A stretch of DNA of 64,000 bases from the human T2T-CHM13v2.0 reference genome, Homo sapiens. Below the pieces are notes generated by a model. It was not told where the DNA came from. It was given only the letters and a program-made list of their open reading frames with translations, and searched no databases. The position numbers were made by a program, and so were the translations under genes. Shown here one piece after another: positions 29,501 to 44,175 of this stretch; positions within the stretch are counted from its first letter, which is position 1, and every line of letters begins with the position of its first letter. The stretch lies in the NCBI RefSeq assembly GCF_009914755.1, contig NC_060930.1; one strand, 5' to 3'.

Positions 29501-31889
29501 TAAATTATCTAGAAGATAAATTGTGTGAAAATCCTGGTTGAGAGAAGGAATGATTAACCTTTGTTTAGTGAGGCCAGGCAGGTGGCTATGTGACATTCTT
29601 CCATCAAATTAGAACAAGAAAATGGTCTGTATGGAGTTTATCAGCTTAATGTTTACAAAAATTCTTTCATTAGGTAGTATTCTTAATGCTATGCCCCAAA
29701 TGAATGAAATAAGAATTTTCATATCTTAGCTATCTTTTTATTTTAACTTCAAGGAAGCTCAGAAAAATATTTAAACTTAAATGTTTATAATTATATTAAA
29801 TGGTGAGTGCTTTACTTTTCCCTCTCCATGTTTAACATATTTATTGATTTTAGACTGTTCTATGTTGTTTATGTACCTTTACTGATAAAACATATCAAAT
29901 CACAGTTGAAGGCATATGGGCTGAAATTTCTTAGAATAATAATTCATGTATTAAAGCTATAAGCTTCATGTCTATTTTCTATTTATTTATTTCTTGTATT
30001 ATTAAGAATAAACCCGTAAGGAAGACATTTATATAGGTAATTCATTTTCAGTTACCTTAAATGAATTGCTCTAGATCACTCAGCAATAATGAAAACTCTA
30101 CCATCTAGTTTTCTCCAAATCTAGATTGCAAATAATAGCAATATTAAAATAAAAACACATTATTTGGTTTCAGAATAAAATTTACTATGAGACAACAACA
30201 AAAAATCTATGAAGTCAAGATCTTTCTGGTTTTCTCAAACTTTTATAGCCTAACAGAATTTAATTTAATGACTGTATAAATGTTTTCTTTCTCATTCAAT
30301 TAGTCTAACTAAAGAAATAAAATTAATAAAATTCATTACATATATCTTGGCATTAATGATGAAAATCATTATTTTAATGATATGTTCCATCTTGTAAAAT
30401 TTTTAAAATGAGCAGTTTCAAAAATTAACATAATTCAAGCTTTTTTTAAGTGAAGTAAGGGGACTAGTGACTTGCATAACATATTAAATACCATATATAG
30501 TTACATGTGGTAAATGAAAAGAATTATGCTATGTGATGGCAGAGCAGCTTCTAAATTTTTAGCTCAATAAAAGCAACCAAGATATGATTATTATTTTCTT
30601 TCATTAAGTAATTAATACTTCCAAACACTTACAGATGGCCAATTCTTGCTGAGACAAGTGAAGATCCTTTCGTCCATAGAATAAAGCTGACTTTTTCCCT
30701 TCAGCATTTCCTAACCCAAAGCAAGTCATGCTGTTTACACCTCTATACGGCATATTAAGTTAAATAAAAGAAGACTTACCTTCTTTTGTCACTTTTTTAT
30801 AGAAACATTTACAGTTTTGTAAATGTTAACACATTCTCACTATTTATGTATGTTTCAGTAACAATTTAAAAACTTTCATGAAATTTTTAGTCTGATATAT
30901 CTAGTTACCTTCACATTTTACATTTTTCTTTCGTCCTTCAAAAAAAAATCCCAATGTGTTTATAACTTGCAAACATTTGACTTCATGGCCTTTCAAATAC
31001 TACTTAGCCAAATTTTTTCGTATGTTATAAATATTTGGCAAACTCTTTAGTTATATATATTTTGGCTTGGAGTGCTATAATAAATATAGAATTATCAATA
31101 AACTCATTTTCTTATGTAGAGAATGTTGACTTATGAAATAGAATACTTCTGTATTATTACCATTAGCATCATTACAGACCATGTTTCAAAAATTTTAGTT
31201 ACACACATTTGAATGAAAGTGAACAGATAGCATTTTATTTGGCTTAGACACTGGAATACAAGCATATCTAAGAGAGGATGAAAAAACTTAATACTGTTAA
31301 AATTCAACATTTATGTTTCTGCTATGTCTCATTCACTTTCCCAACTGTTCGACTGGTATTAGTTGCAAGGGCAAGCCCTAGGCAAATAGAGAAATAGTTG
31401 TTTTTTATACAAGTTGTCATCTCACATGTTCTCTCAGACTGCTCCATTGTCTTGACCCTGCTTAAGCTGGGTTTTATGTACACTTGTGTTTATTTACATG
31501 TGTGAGAACTTGCATGTCCTACAGCACACACTCAGAGTCTAAGAAGTCAGCTAGTGAATTAGCTTAATGCATTAAGAGTGTACTAGAGTCATTTGGAGAA
31601 TACTCTCATAAATTATACACATATAGGCAATATGCTTTCATTTTAACTTGGTCTCATAGAGATACTGTCCTCATATTTAATATTTATTGGCAACTGAAGA
31701 TTTCAGCTCTTTAAAGAAAGTTTGACTCTAGGTCTTGCAATATGAGCTCAATTTTTTTATTCTATACATTTCTTCACAGCCCTTCACAAAAACTGCTCAC
31801 GAATAGCTGCAAATTCTCAAGCGGGTTTGTTTGGATATGTACAAGCTATTATTGATGTATCTAAACTTTTGAAAAGTCAACAAATTGAG

Positions 31890-32040
31890 CTGAAAGTTGG
31901 TTACTTCCTGAAGGTAAAGACCCTTTAATTTATCTCTGCAACCTCAGTACCTAGCATAACACCTGGGGCATAGTGGATGCTCAATATATTTTTGTTGAAT
32001 GAATGAATAAATAAATATACAAATGAGCAAATGAATAAAT
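31890..32040 (+). mobile_element. L2 3' end
   Basis: CAGTACCTAGCATAACACCTGG...GCTCAATATATTTTTGTTGAATGAATGAAT. Confidence 0.8.
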
Positions 32041-33059
32041 GAAAAGGCATTATATTCCATGGGAACATAAAATATGTCTGTGTTCTTGAAGATATTCAAT
32101 AATTTACATTGCTTGGAACTATAATTTACCTACTGCTGAAATGACTTTAAACTTGTTCTTAATAAAAGGCCTTGGTCAAACATAGCTTTGGATTTAAAAT
32201 GGCCTCTTACATTTTGTACCCTTTGACAAGGTCATCAGAAAATAGTGAGATATTTAATCAACCTTGATCAAACCTAGAAAACATTTTGTCAATTATTTAA
32301 CCTCATTATGATTGTTACAATACTGAGGAAATTTTAAAAATTGTATAAATTTATATATACTAAATCTTTATACATATGTATGCATCAAAATGTATATTCA
32401 ATAATACATATACATTCTTCTTACTCATTTAGTAATATTACATATTTAACATAAATAATAGTAATAATAGTATAGTAAATAATAGTATATTTCTCACACA
32501 TTTTTTAAAACTGCATATTATAACTATAGGCAACTATAGCCTTATTCTTTTTTTTACAGATGAAGAAACAAGAATTTAAATGGGTAAAGTGATTTCCTCA
32601 GGGCTACACATTAAATAAGAGTTCAATATATGCCCAATTATTCTGAATCCCAAATAAATGTCCTCTTAATTAAAAGACGATACTTCTTAGCTCTGTAGTA
32701 GTGCTCTAAAATTACTCTATAAAATAATTTTGTTTCTTTAAAAGAGGGTATTTGATACTAAAATTCACAAGATCTCAACATCGTAGGCTAATGATAGAGC
32801 TTAAGTATATCAGTCTTGAGTAAATTGTATCATTCCAAACATTCATTAATTCATTCATTCAATAAACACTCATTGACCAAATACTTTGAGCGAGGCACTT
32901 GGTACAGAAATTAATTTGAAACTGTCTTTCATTTTAAAGAGCTCAGAGTATAGTGAGATGGACAGATGTTACAATAAATAAGTCACAGAGAAAAATAATA
33001 ATTGATAAATAAAATATATGAGCAAGTAACAATAGGAACAAAAGATAAAATTTTGTAAG

Positions 33060-33852
33060 ATGTTTTCATAATTCAGAGATGCTCTGCTTTTATAGACTTG
33101 CTCACAGTTAGCCAAATTGAGAGGTGGAGAGTACAGTCCTCCAGATTGTCAAGTCTGTCCAGGTCTTCCAATCCTGACTACAAAGAGTTGGGATCCAGCT
33201 ACAAAGTTAGAGGAAAGAGTTTACAAAAGGCAATTCTCACTTCTGGCAGAAAATCCAAGTTTGGCAGTTTACCAAAACTACTCTAACCCTAAAAAGACTT
33301 GCAGGACTCCGTGAAACATATTATACTCATGGTTTTGTTTATTGCAGGTAAGAGATACAAATTAGAACCAGCCAAAGGAAGAGGTGCGTAGTTCAGGGTC
33401 TGGCAGCCTAAATGCAAAGCTTCTGACATCGTCAGGATATATAACCCTTTCACATCAATGTGTGATAATGGGTATGTAGTATTACTATACTAATCCAGGA
33501 AGCTCACTCAAGCCTGGGTGTCTAGAGATATTGCTGACTCATTACACAGCCATAGGTGACTGATTCAGCCCTATGTTTTAATTCCATCTCCTAACCTCAA
33601 ATAACTCAAAGCCTAAAAACTCTAATAACATAATTGGTCTTTCTGGCGTGCTCAGCTCTCAAACTTAGACTATTGCATATATCTGGCCTGACCTTTAGTC
33701 ATCTATTTAACATAAACCATCAGATGTGGTCTCATCATGAATGAGGAAGACACTCCTATCACTTGAGAAATTTCAAGTGTTAAGAAGGCTGCCACCCAGA
33801 AGCTAAAGACAAAAACAAGCCCTGTCTCTATGGACAAATTCTTTACTACACG
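33060..33852. mobile_element. MER21-like LTR
   Basis: TTATACTCATGG...GATACAAATTAGAACCAGCCAAAGGAAGAG...CCAGGAAGCTCAC...GACACTCCTATCACT...AAATTCTTTACTACAC. Confidence 0.7.
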
Positions 33853-34697
33853 AAATTGTATGTAATTTATACATAATACAAACAAACATTTTTATTCTAT
33901 AATCTGCAAAATTTAATTTCTAGTTAAAATACTCTTAATCAAATCATCTAAGCAGCTGAAATGATTTTCGTGGGATTCTTCTCATTTCTCCCAAAACACC
34001 CTCAGAAGAGGGTGTTTTCAAATAGAGAAAATCAGGAATCCACTGAAGAAATGGATTTCCTAAAGACTAAATATTCAACACCTTAATAATTATATGTAAT
34101 AATAGAGTCATTTACTCTCTTCTGTGGTCAAGGCACTGTGCTAAATGCTGTAAGAGACTCATACAGATGACATTCTCTAGCCTCAAACAGTGCACATTCT
34201 ACTAATGGAAACAGATATGAGCATTATCTAACTACAATACAGAAAGAGCACATTAAAGCCTACAGTACAAGTGCAAAGGGCTATGGAAAAACATACGAAA
34301 GAAAGGATTACTTTGAGGTAATATCATATAGGTCATTGAACTTGAATGAGGTTTTAAAGGATAGGTGAATCTTAATTGGAGGACCTTGGGGAGAAGTACA
34401 TTTCTGCGTACAGTACAGTGAGAAGAATTCAGTGACTTAGAAAAACAGAAAATGTGTTCAGAAAGAATGGTAAACGGGATGTGTGAGTTTCAAACATCAT
34501 TCGGGGAAAGAAGCTTAAGTTAAATTGGGTTGGATACTAAAGTCCATGAAAAGAAATGTTGACTCTTTTTTTGTAAGCAATTATGATTGCTTACAAAGGA
34601 GGCATTTTGCTTATTACGATAATTAATCTGTAGATGGATTGCTGTGAGACTAACAATTTTCTCTTGAAAATTTATATAGTGAGTTTCACTATAATAT

Positions 34698-35145
<448 letters not shown>

Positions 35146-35993
35146 TTACTTTTCCATAATTGTAGAACAGATCAGAATTAATTGATGTGCAGAATTGCAA
35201 AGGAAATTTGAGGACATTTGAACAAACCATTGAGAACTTTGAAACTGTGTAATATTAGAAGTTTATTCATGGAATTCTTCAAGATAGCATTTTCTGGTTT
35301 TACACTCTATTATCAAATGCTCCTGGAGGATAGGAGATAATTTGTTTTCTATTTCCGTAGACTATAAACATTAAAATGATAAGCCTTATATACATGAGGA
35401 ATGTGTTTGAAACAAAATTTTGGCACTCATTCAGAGTTCCAAATGATTTTATTTCACAGGCTTATTGACCTCTACCCCTAGAACTATTTGTACCTCAAAG
35501 AAAAAAAATGGAAACCTCTTTTCTCTTATCTATGTTTGAATCTGTGTTTTCTTATTGTCATAGACGACTGGTGTTGAAAAGAGTTACAATAATAAAAAAT
35601 ATACCCTCTCAATTCATATAAGTGATGGGTACCTATAAAGGAAGGAAGTTCAAGCATTTGTCCTAGGATTAACACATTGTCATTTATAAAATGTTTCCTT
35701 TCCCAAAGCTACCTCTCAGTTTCACCATGATTTTTGTGAGACTTGACTTTTTGTATCAGAAGATTAAATGTTATTCTTTTATTTTAATCTTGCTTTTTCT
35801 TTTATCTGTACCTTAACAAGTTTATACATTATTTGGTTTTCAAATTTTCATTCTTCTAATGACTGACCTACTCTTGGCACTTCATCTTTGTCTCTACCCC
35901 CACCTTAAATTATCAATTAAACCCAAATTAAAACAATTTAATTCAGTGCTTATGCTTAGGTCACTAGCCCTTATTCTATACTGTAAGACAGGA

Positions 35994-36881
35994 GAATCTA
36001 CAATGAACTCAAACAAATTTACAAGAAAAAAACAAACAACCCCATCACAAAGTGGGCAAAGGACATGAACAGACACTTCTCAAAAGAAGACATTTTTGCA
36101 GCCAAAAAACACATGAAAAAATGCTCACCATCACTGGCCATCAGAGAAATGCAAATCAAAACCACAATGAGATATCATCTCACACCAGTTAGAATGGCAA
36201 TCATTAAAAAGTCAGGAAACAACAGGTGCTGGAGAGGATGTGGAGAAATAGGAACACTTTTACATTGTTGGTGGGACTGTAAACTAGTTCAACCATTGTG
36301 GAAGTCAGTGTGGCGATTCCTCAGGGATCTAGAACTAGAAATACCATTTGACCCAGCCATCCCATTACTGGGTATATACCCAAAGGACTATAAATCATGC
36401 TGCTATAAAGACACATGCACACGTATGTTTATTGCGGCACTATTCACAATAGCAAAGACTTGGAACCAACCCTAAATGTCCAACAACGATAGACTGAATT
36501 AAGAAAATGTGGCACATATACACCATGGAATACTATGCAGCCATAAAAAATGATGAGTTCATGTCCTTTGTAGGGACATGGATGAAATTGGAAATCATCA
36601 TTCTCAGTAAACTATCGCAAGAACAAAAAACCAAACACCGCATATTCTCACTTATAGGTGGGAATGGAACAATGAGAACACATGGACACAGGAAGGGGAA
36701 CATGACACTCTGGGGACTGTTGTGGGGTTCGGGGGGGGGAGGGATAGCACTGGGAGATATACCTAATGCTAGATGACGAGTTAGTGGGTGCAGCGCACCA
36801 GCATGTCACATGTATACATATGTAACTAACCTGCACATTGTGCACATGTACCCTAAAACTTAAAGTATAATAATAATAAAA
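35994..36881 (+). mobile_element. 5'-truncated L1PA2/3 (~890 bp)
   Basis: ORF2 C-terminal [18 protein letters not shown]. 3'UTR ...GATGACGAGTTAGTGG. TSD AAGACAGGA at 35985 and 36882. Confidence 0.97.
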
Positions 36882-37444
36882 AAGACAGGATTGAATCACA
36901 AATCCAAATTCTTTCAGAAAACTTATCATCAGTTAAATTACTAATAGGAACAAAGTGAGGTTGCGATTAGTTTTTTATGAAGTAGTTTGGGTGGGTGATA
37001 AGATTTATGGTAATGTTTTATCAATTAAGTATTATAAAACATTTAGTGCATTCCAAAATGATGTGAAACCTATAAATTGAGTAGCTCAGGCACACCATCA
37101 GCCTCTCCTTCTTCTCCCTCTCTTATTTCTTCCCTACTACTCAACAGAAAGAATAGTCACACAGTCAGCACTTACAGGTCAAGGGGATGTGTCTCCCTAT
37201 TCAGCATACTAAATCACTAATAATTTTTTACATTTCTATTTTAGACATCAAATTATTATTTATTTATTTTGTGCTGCATAGTACCTATGTGTGACAGTTA
37301 CATAAATGATACTTGAAAATTAAAACTAAGACCTCTCTGCAAGGAAAGATACCCGAAGGAAATATTCAAAACAAAGATGGCCACGTAAGTAAGGATATCT
37401 AGCATAGTTTGAGGCCACCTGGAAAAGTAAAGGAGTCAGATCAG

Positions 37445-37740
37445 CTTGTATCAAATCAATAATTTTAATTTCAGTTCCGTGTTAAATGATAAATCATGGT
37501 GTCAAGACGGCCTTGATATTTGGTGAAGCTGTTACTGCTGGTGCCATATAAAACATATCACACAACTCTGGCTGCAGTCCCCTGTCATTATCGATATCAT
37601 CTGGATTTTGCAAAGGGGGAAATGTCAAAATTGATTGATTATACTGATTAAAATGATACACTGACAGGCTTCATAAATTTGCAGCACACAATGCACATTA
37701 GAGCATATTACCTCATTTAGCATTCAAATAGGTCTACAAA
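37445..37740. promoter_or_regulatory. candidate developmental enhancer (PBX-HOX/MEIS motif cluster)
   Basis: TGATTTAT on (-) at 37489-37496, TGATTGAT at 37632, TGTCA at 37500 and 37623, CTGTCA at 37582, TGACAG at 37662, AAATCAATA at 37453. No repeat recognised. Motif evidence only. Confidence 0.5.
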
Positions 37741-38140
37741 ATAGAAGGGGCAAAATAATATTACTCCTCCTATGATGGAATGATATCTGGGAAAGTTCAA
37801 GTGACTTGATAAGAAATGACATGTTAGTTGATGAAAATCAGGATTCCAACAGTGACTTTTCTTCTCCCCAACCCGGAGTCCCTCATAAGCAACTAAGGCA
37901 ATGGGCTACCAGACCATTTTCTTAGGTTGCAAACTCTAGACCCTATGAGATAAGCTCACTTTTATAAGTGGTAATGAAGACAACACTAAAAAGTGGAAAT
38001 ATTAATAGTACCCTCCCTGGCACCAGGCAGACCTGATTTGAGCTCCAGCACTGCCTTTTAATCTATAATCTTAAACAAATTGTTTAATCTCTCTGAGTCT
38101 TGGTTTTGCAAATTGGGCTTTAAAAGGCCTGGCTTTGTAG

Positions 38141-38453
<313 letters not shown>

Positions 38454-38540
38454 TGACTTTGTAGGATCTCTGTAAGGATTAGAAACATTTGTGTATTCGT
38501 TTGCATGTTAATTTTCAATACATGCTATTTGCCCAGTGAG

Positions 38541-39037
38541 GTGTCAGAGCTCTGGCAATGGAGAGTGGTTGGATTGTGGGTGGTAAAAAGAATTTACCAA
38601 CAACAGTGTAGGTTTGAAAAGGAAAGTTTTATTAGATAGAAAGAGTGCCTCAGAGTGCAGGAGAGAGCTTTAGCAAGAGAGGACTGAACACACTGTGGTG
38701 GACTTTCCTTAGGGTAATTTATAGACCTTGTAGCTGGAGTTTAAGGGTAATTTGGACCATATTAGCCACATATGATAAATCGTCATGATAAATGATTACA
38801 TTTGTAGACATTTTGGTGCCTTGATGTCAGCAAGGGTTGCACAATGAGTTCTGACATGCATTCATTCTGGAGATGTACAGAAATTCTAGTTACTTAAAAA
38901 TTTTTGGGAAGAAGCCAAACATACCAGATGCCAGCTTTAGAAAACAGTGAAGTCTAATTACTTCTGAATTCCTCAGATAAGGAGTTTTACTTCCGGATGG
39001 TCTGCTTGATGGCCATCAGGTGATCTTTGCTCTCCTT
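38541..39037 (-). mobile_element. solo LTR, probably ERV1 group (family not determined)
   Basis: ~500-bp unit starting TGTCAG with a reverse AATAAA (TTTATT ~38628), and CTAATTACTTCTGAATTCCTCAGATAAGGAGTTTT near the other end. Confidence 0.7.
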
Positions 39038-39349
39038 GCTATTATTATTCATTTCATAATTTGTGCTCTGAACAACGAAAGGAAGTAAATGACATTGTCC
39101 TAATTTAAGTGGTACAGATACTGAAGCACAGAAATGTTAAAAAAGATTGCTCAAGATCACACTCCTGGTCAGTGGTATAGTCAGGGTGCCAATCCACATA
39201 TGTATAACTTCATATATCTTATTTTTAATATGAAAATTCCAGTTCATATTACAGCACAATCATGGAGATGTGGGGCCAAGAATAAATAAGAAGCACAATT
39301 AGTCTTGTCTATTAATTGGATCCCTATTTCTACATTTAAAAACAACAAT

Positions 39350-40345
39350 GGCTAAACCAATAAAGAAAATATTGATGGGAAATTTAATTTTTCCATGGTG
39401 TGAAGTTAGTTATTATCTCACAGATTACATAATGTTTAAAGTGGGGAAAATGAAACTTTACTTCGGAGAAACAGGGCTGACAACAGCTTAACTGTGCAAT
39501 ACATCTCAATGGATCACTAAGTGTCAGACAACCAGACATTATGTGGCCCCTACTGACACAGTGTCACTTATGAAGTAGAATTCTCTCCAAAAATGTATAA
39601 TCTATAGTGGCTCACCCCGAGAGATTCTCCCAAATAAAATTTCAGCAAGCTTTTTGTAGAAATTGCTAAACTAATTCTAAAATTCATCTAAAAATGTAAA
39701 TAACTTAGAATGGCCAAAACAATCTTAAAGAACAAAGTTGGAAGACTCACGTTACCTGATTTCAAGAATTTTTATAAAGCTACTTTTTTCAAGGAACTGC
39801 TGTATCAGCATAAAGATAAAGAAATAGATCAGTCAACCAGAATAGAGTCCAGAAAGAGACCCATGCATGTAGGGATGACTAAAGCTCTAAAAAACTGTAG
39901 AAGCCATTCACTGAAAGAAGAGCACTCTTTTCAGTAAATGATGACGAAGCTATTAGATATCCATATGCAAAAATATAATAATTTGGATACATACCTTACA
40001 CCATTTATAAAAACATATCTGTAAATGGATCATACTTGTAAATATAAAATTTAAAACTATAAAATAATGAGAAGAAAACTTAGGAGAACATCTTTTTAAC
40101 TTTCAGTTAGTGAAAGATTTTATAGGCATGACACTAAAAACACATCCATAAAAGAAAAACTAAAACATAAACTGGATTTCCCCCAAAATAAAAAATGTAT
40201 GCTCCTCCAAACACATTATTAACATTTTTTAAAAGTCTAAAAAAAATTGCAAATCATGTAAATTATAGAATTTGTATCTAGTATAAACAACTAAAAGCTC
40301 AATAATAAGTAAACAAATGACTTAACTAAAAATCAGCAAGATCTT
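39350..40345 (+). mobile_element. old L1M fragments (3' region plus ORF2)
   Basis: ORF2-like [24 protein letters not shown] at 39710. Confidence 0.75.
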
Positions 40346-40359
40346 CAAAGACTGAAATT

Positions 40360-41468
40360 GAAGACCTAAAACTATAAAACTCTAGAAGATAACATCAGAA
40401 AAACTCTTCTAGACATTTGTTTAGGCAAAGAATCTAAGACAAAGAACCTAAAAGCAAATGCAACAAAAACAAAAATAAATAAATAAGACCTAATTAAATT
40501 AAAAAGCTTCTGCACAGCAAAATAAATAATAAGCAGAATAAACAGACAACCCCTAGAAGGGGAGAAAATATTTGTAAACTATACATCTGACAATGGACTA
40601 ATATCCAGAATCTACAAGGAATTCAAAGAAATCGGCAAGAAAAAAATAATCAATTCAAAAAGTGGGTAAAGGGCATAAATATACAATTCTCAAAAGAAGA
40701 TATACAAACAGCCAACAAGCATATGAAAAAATACTCAACATCACTAATCATCAGGGAAATGCAAATTAAAACCACAATGAGATATCACCTTTAAATGGCG
40801 ATAATTAAAAAGTCAAAAATAGTAGATGTTGGCATGGATGTTATGAAAAGGAAATACTTTCAGACTAAGGAAATCTCCATATTTAATGGAGTTTCCTTAA
40901 AGAATTAAAAGTAGAACTACCATTCAATCCAGCAATCCCAGTACTGGGTATCTACCCAAAGGAAAAGAAGTCATTATACAAAAAACACACATGCACATGC
41001 ATGTTTATAGCAGCACAGTTCTCATTTGCAAATATATGAAAGCAATCTAAGTGCCCATCAACCAATGAGTGGATAAAGAAAATGTAGTATATATATACAC
41101 CATGGACTACTACTCAGCTATAAAGAAGAATGAAATAATGTCTTTTGCAGCAACTTAGACGGAGCTGGAGGCCATTATTCTAAGTGAAACAACTCAGAAA
41201 TGAAAAACCAAATATTGTATGTTCTTACATACAAGTGGGAGTTAAGTTATGAGGACACAAAGGCATAAGAATGATACAATGGACTTTGGGGACTCAGGGG
41301 AAGGCTGGGGAGGGATAAAGGATAAAAGACTACATATTGGGTACAGTTTACACTGTTCTGGTGACAAGTACACTAAAATCCTAGAAATCACCACTAAAGA
41401 CCTTATCCATGAAACCAAAAACCATCTCTACCCCAAAAACTATTGAAATATTTTTTTAAAAAAAAAGA
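40360..41468 (+). mobile_element. L1PB-type 3' end
   Basis: ORF2 tail followed by 3'UTR GGATAAAAGACTACATATTGGGTACAG...CCCCAAAAACTATTGAAAT and poly(A). Confidence 0.9.
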
Positions 41469-41699
41469 AATTACTGCTTCTGGAAAAAAAAATAAGCAAT
41501 ATCCATAAGATAAGCCTTAAATCAGAACTGTAACAACCTATATTTGGAGTTGCTTTTGCTTTGTTTTGTTTTCAAAGATCATTTTTTAAAAAAAGAGATC
41601 ACTTAGGGCAAGGATGTATTTTTTCTCCTACCCTAATGTCAGCAATACCAACCAATCTGTATTCCTTACCTCAGTTTTTCCAGGTGCACTGGCTCAAAA

Positions 41700-42460
41700 A
41701 TAATTATTATTTTGTTTGCTCCCCTTTTTCTTCACTGCTACATTCACCTAGTCAACAAATTCTGCTATTTATATTATCAAACCCTCTGTGATATTCATAT
41801 ACTTCTCATATTTGCACTACCATTGTACAGCTCCTGAACCATAGCTTCATCCTCTTACATATGGTTCCTCCCCTCTATAATCCTTTTAACCAATTGCAGC
41901 AAGATTAGTTTTCTAAAACAGATTATGTGATCCTGTGTTAACCCCTGCTCCCAAATTTCAGGTTGTCTTCAATGTAAAGGGAAAATAATTGTTGGCCTGT
42001 AATTTAAAGCATTTCATAAATTTCTTTTTATTCTTTGGCAACTTTGTTTTCTATACCACCTGACCAATGGAATGTATGCCTTAGCCTCATCAGTGTCTTT
42101 ACCATTCCCTAAATACCTCTCACTCTGCACACGGATGATCCTTCACCCAAACTGTACTCTCCAACTAAGCCACCTATACTTTCAATCAATTATTCTCTAA
42201 AATTCCAGTTCAAACTTCAGGTCTTATTCTCAAATAAGCTTTTTCATATTTCTTTTGTTGAAATAAATCTTTCCTTCATTTATGATAAACTATGTAATGG
42301 TTGTTGTTATAATATTAATATTAGAGTTTTCAAAAGTGTCCCTTTTCCACTAAATTATGAATTTCTAGAGATTGAGCATCTTGTATTTTAATCAACACAT
42401 CCTCCAAATACAGAATACCATCCTTACCAAATATTAGGCACTGCATATCCTTATGAAATA
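41700..42460 (+). mobile_element. diverged L2
   Basis: Pyrimidine-rich L2-like tract (GCAGCAAGATTAGTTTTCTAAAACAGATTATGTGATC). Confidence 0.55.
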
Positions 42461-43709
42461 TTAGGCACTACAAATACAATGACAAGAAAGACTAGACTGG
42501 AATCTGTAGTATCCTACTGTCCATGCATTGTTCTCAGAGGAAGATAAGTCCTCTTTCTAACTAAAAGACCTGGAAATGGACAGACAGAACAACTTAGAAC
42601 AAATTCCGACCATATCACATGCATTCATTTTTGAAACTTCTAAAACACACAACTATTATTAGTAAACATATTTATAATATGTGTGATATCTTTAGTGTTT
42701 TCATTATATGTTTGGGAAGTTAAGAAAATATTTTAATAAAAGTTATTTTATTACTTAGTTTTAATAAGACCACTGCATTAAAGCAAAATCTTATTCCCAA
42801 AGCGTACTTACTTTTAAGTAATTATTTTGTCTAATTACATAAACTTCTGTTTGAAGAATCGAAAATTTTAAATGATACATAACATTATTAGTTGAACACC
42901 ATCTTACTTGTGATTTGAGGGGAAAAAAATCAAAGACTATTATTAAATACTTTGTTGTGGTTTTACCTTTGTCCAGATCACAGCTTGGTTTGCCAGAACA
43001 TGGGCTGCATGCTGGCTAGGCAGGACTAAGAGTAAAATTTTCAGTGCGGGCACCTAATACAACTAAAAAATGTTTTTAAATTTATTTTTCCCGACACTCT
43101 ATCAACTCAAAACATCTGCACACAGTATTCGCAATGCAGTGACAGATACAGATACCTGGATAAAGGGAGCAGACATTAACTCAGAAATGAAGATTGTCTC
43201 TTTAATAGCAAAAAATCGGCTAAGATTATCATATATTCCTTGACCTGTCTTTACTGTACTATGGTTTATCTAGATCTTTAGGCATTATTATGTCCTGACT
43301 GTACTACCTACAATTAATATGAATATGGATATTCTTTTTGAAAAAAGGGGCATTTTTTAATTCACTTGCAAATTGGAATGCTCAAACTGCTTCCCTCTGG
43401 ATCATTTTTTTTAATCAGTTCCCTTCAGTATTCTCTCTGAGGACCACAATGCAATAGGATCCAAGATTATTGTATTCCAGTGCTCCTAAATATTCCTCTT
43501 GAGGAAAGTGTAAGTGATATTGATGAGGAAAAAATAGAACACTTGTCTTTTGAATGGTGTGACAATTGATGTAGCATCTTCAAAGCTGTGTACGAACAAG
43601 AGGCACTATAAGGTTATAAATACTAAAGGAAGATCATCATTATTCATGTGATGGAAATAATCATTCAGTTAAACACCAGTAAGAACATCATTAGATTTAG
43701 AAGTACATC

Positions 43710-43736
43710 GCTATCTTTTCATGCTATCTTTTCATG
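43710..43736. repeat. 13-bp tandem duplication
   Basis: GCTATCTTTTCAT x2. Confidence 0.85.
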
Positions 43737-44083
43737 TGAGAGATCCTTTCTACAGAAAGTAATAAAGGAATCCAATTTGTAAAGAAGTATTTTTACTAAT
43801 AGAACCATTTATTTCTGGTCTACTGATATAATGCCATAATCTTGTTATCATAATGTAGACAATTTTGTTAACGTGATGATTCTGTCAGCATAATGGGAAG
43901 AGTAAATACTAGGATGACAGTATAAATGGAGAAAATCTCTACAAAAGTAGATCTCCCATCTCTCTTTCTGAGGCTGTGTTTATTAGAAACATAAGTTATA
44001 AACATAACCTGAAAAATTCCACACAGTTATTACTTCACAATAATAATATTGTTCACAAAAGGTTCACAGAAATTACAGTGTTA

Positions 44084-44175
44084 GTCTACAGCCATACCAC
44101 CCTGAACACACCTGATCTCTCATCTGATCTCGGAAGCTAAGCAGGGCCGGGCCTGGTTAGTACTTGGATGGGAGA
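44084..44175 (+). pseudogene. 3'-truncated (tailless) 5S rRNA retropseudogene
   Basis: GTCTACAGCCATACCACCCTGAAC...GGAAGCTAAGCAGGG...GGTTAGTACTTGGATGGGAGA corresponds to 5S nt 1 to ~90. Flanked by AGAAATTACAGTGTTA / AGAAATTATAAGGTTA. Confidence 0.96.

Noticed and set aside
26240-33050. Host gene exons in the long repeat-poor stretch
   Set aside because: Only short ORFs with no recognisable protein. Small or non-coding exons cannot be excluded without transcript data.
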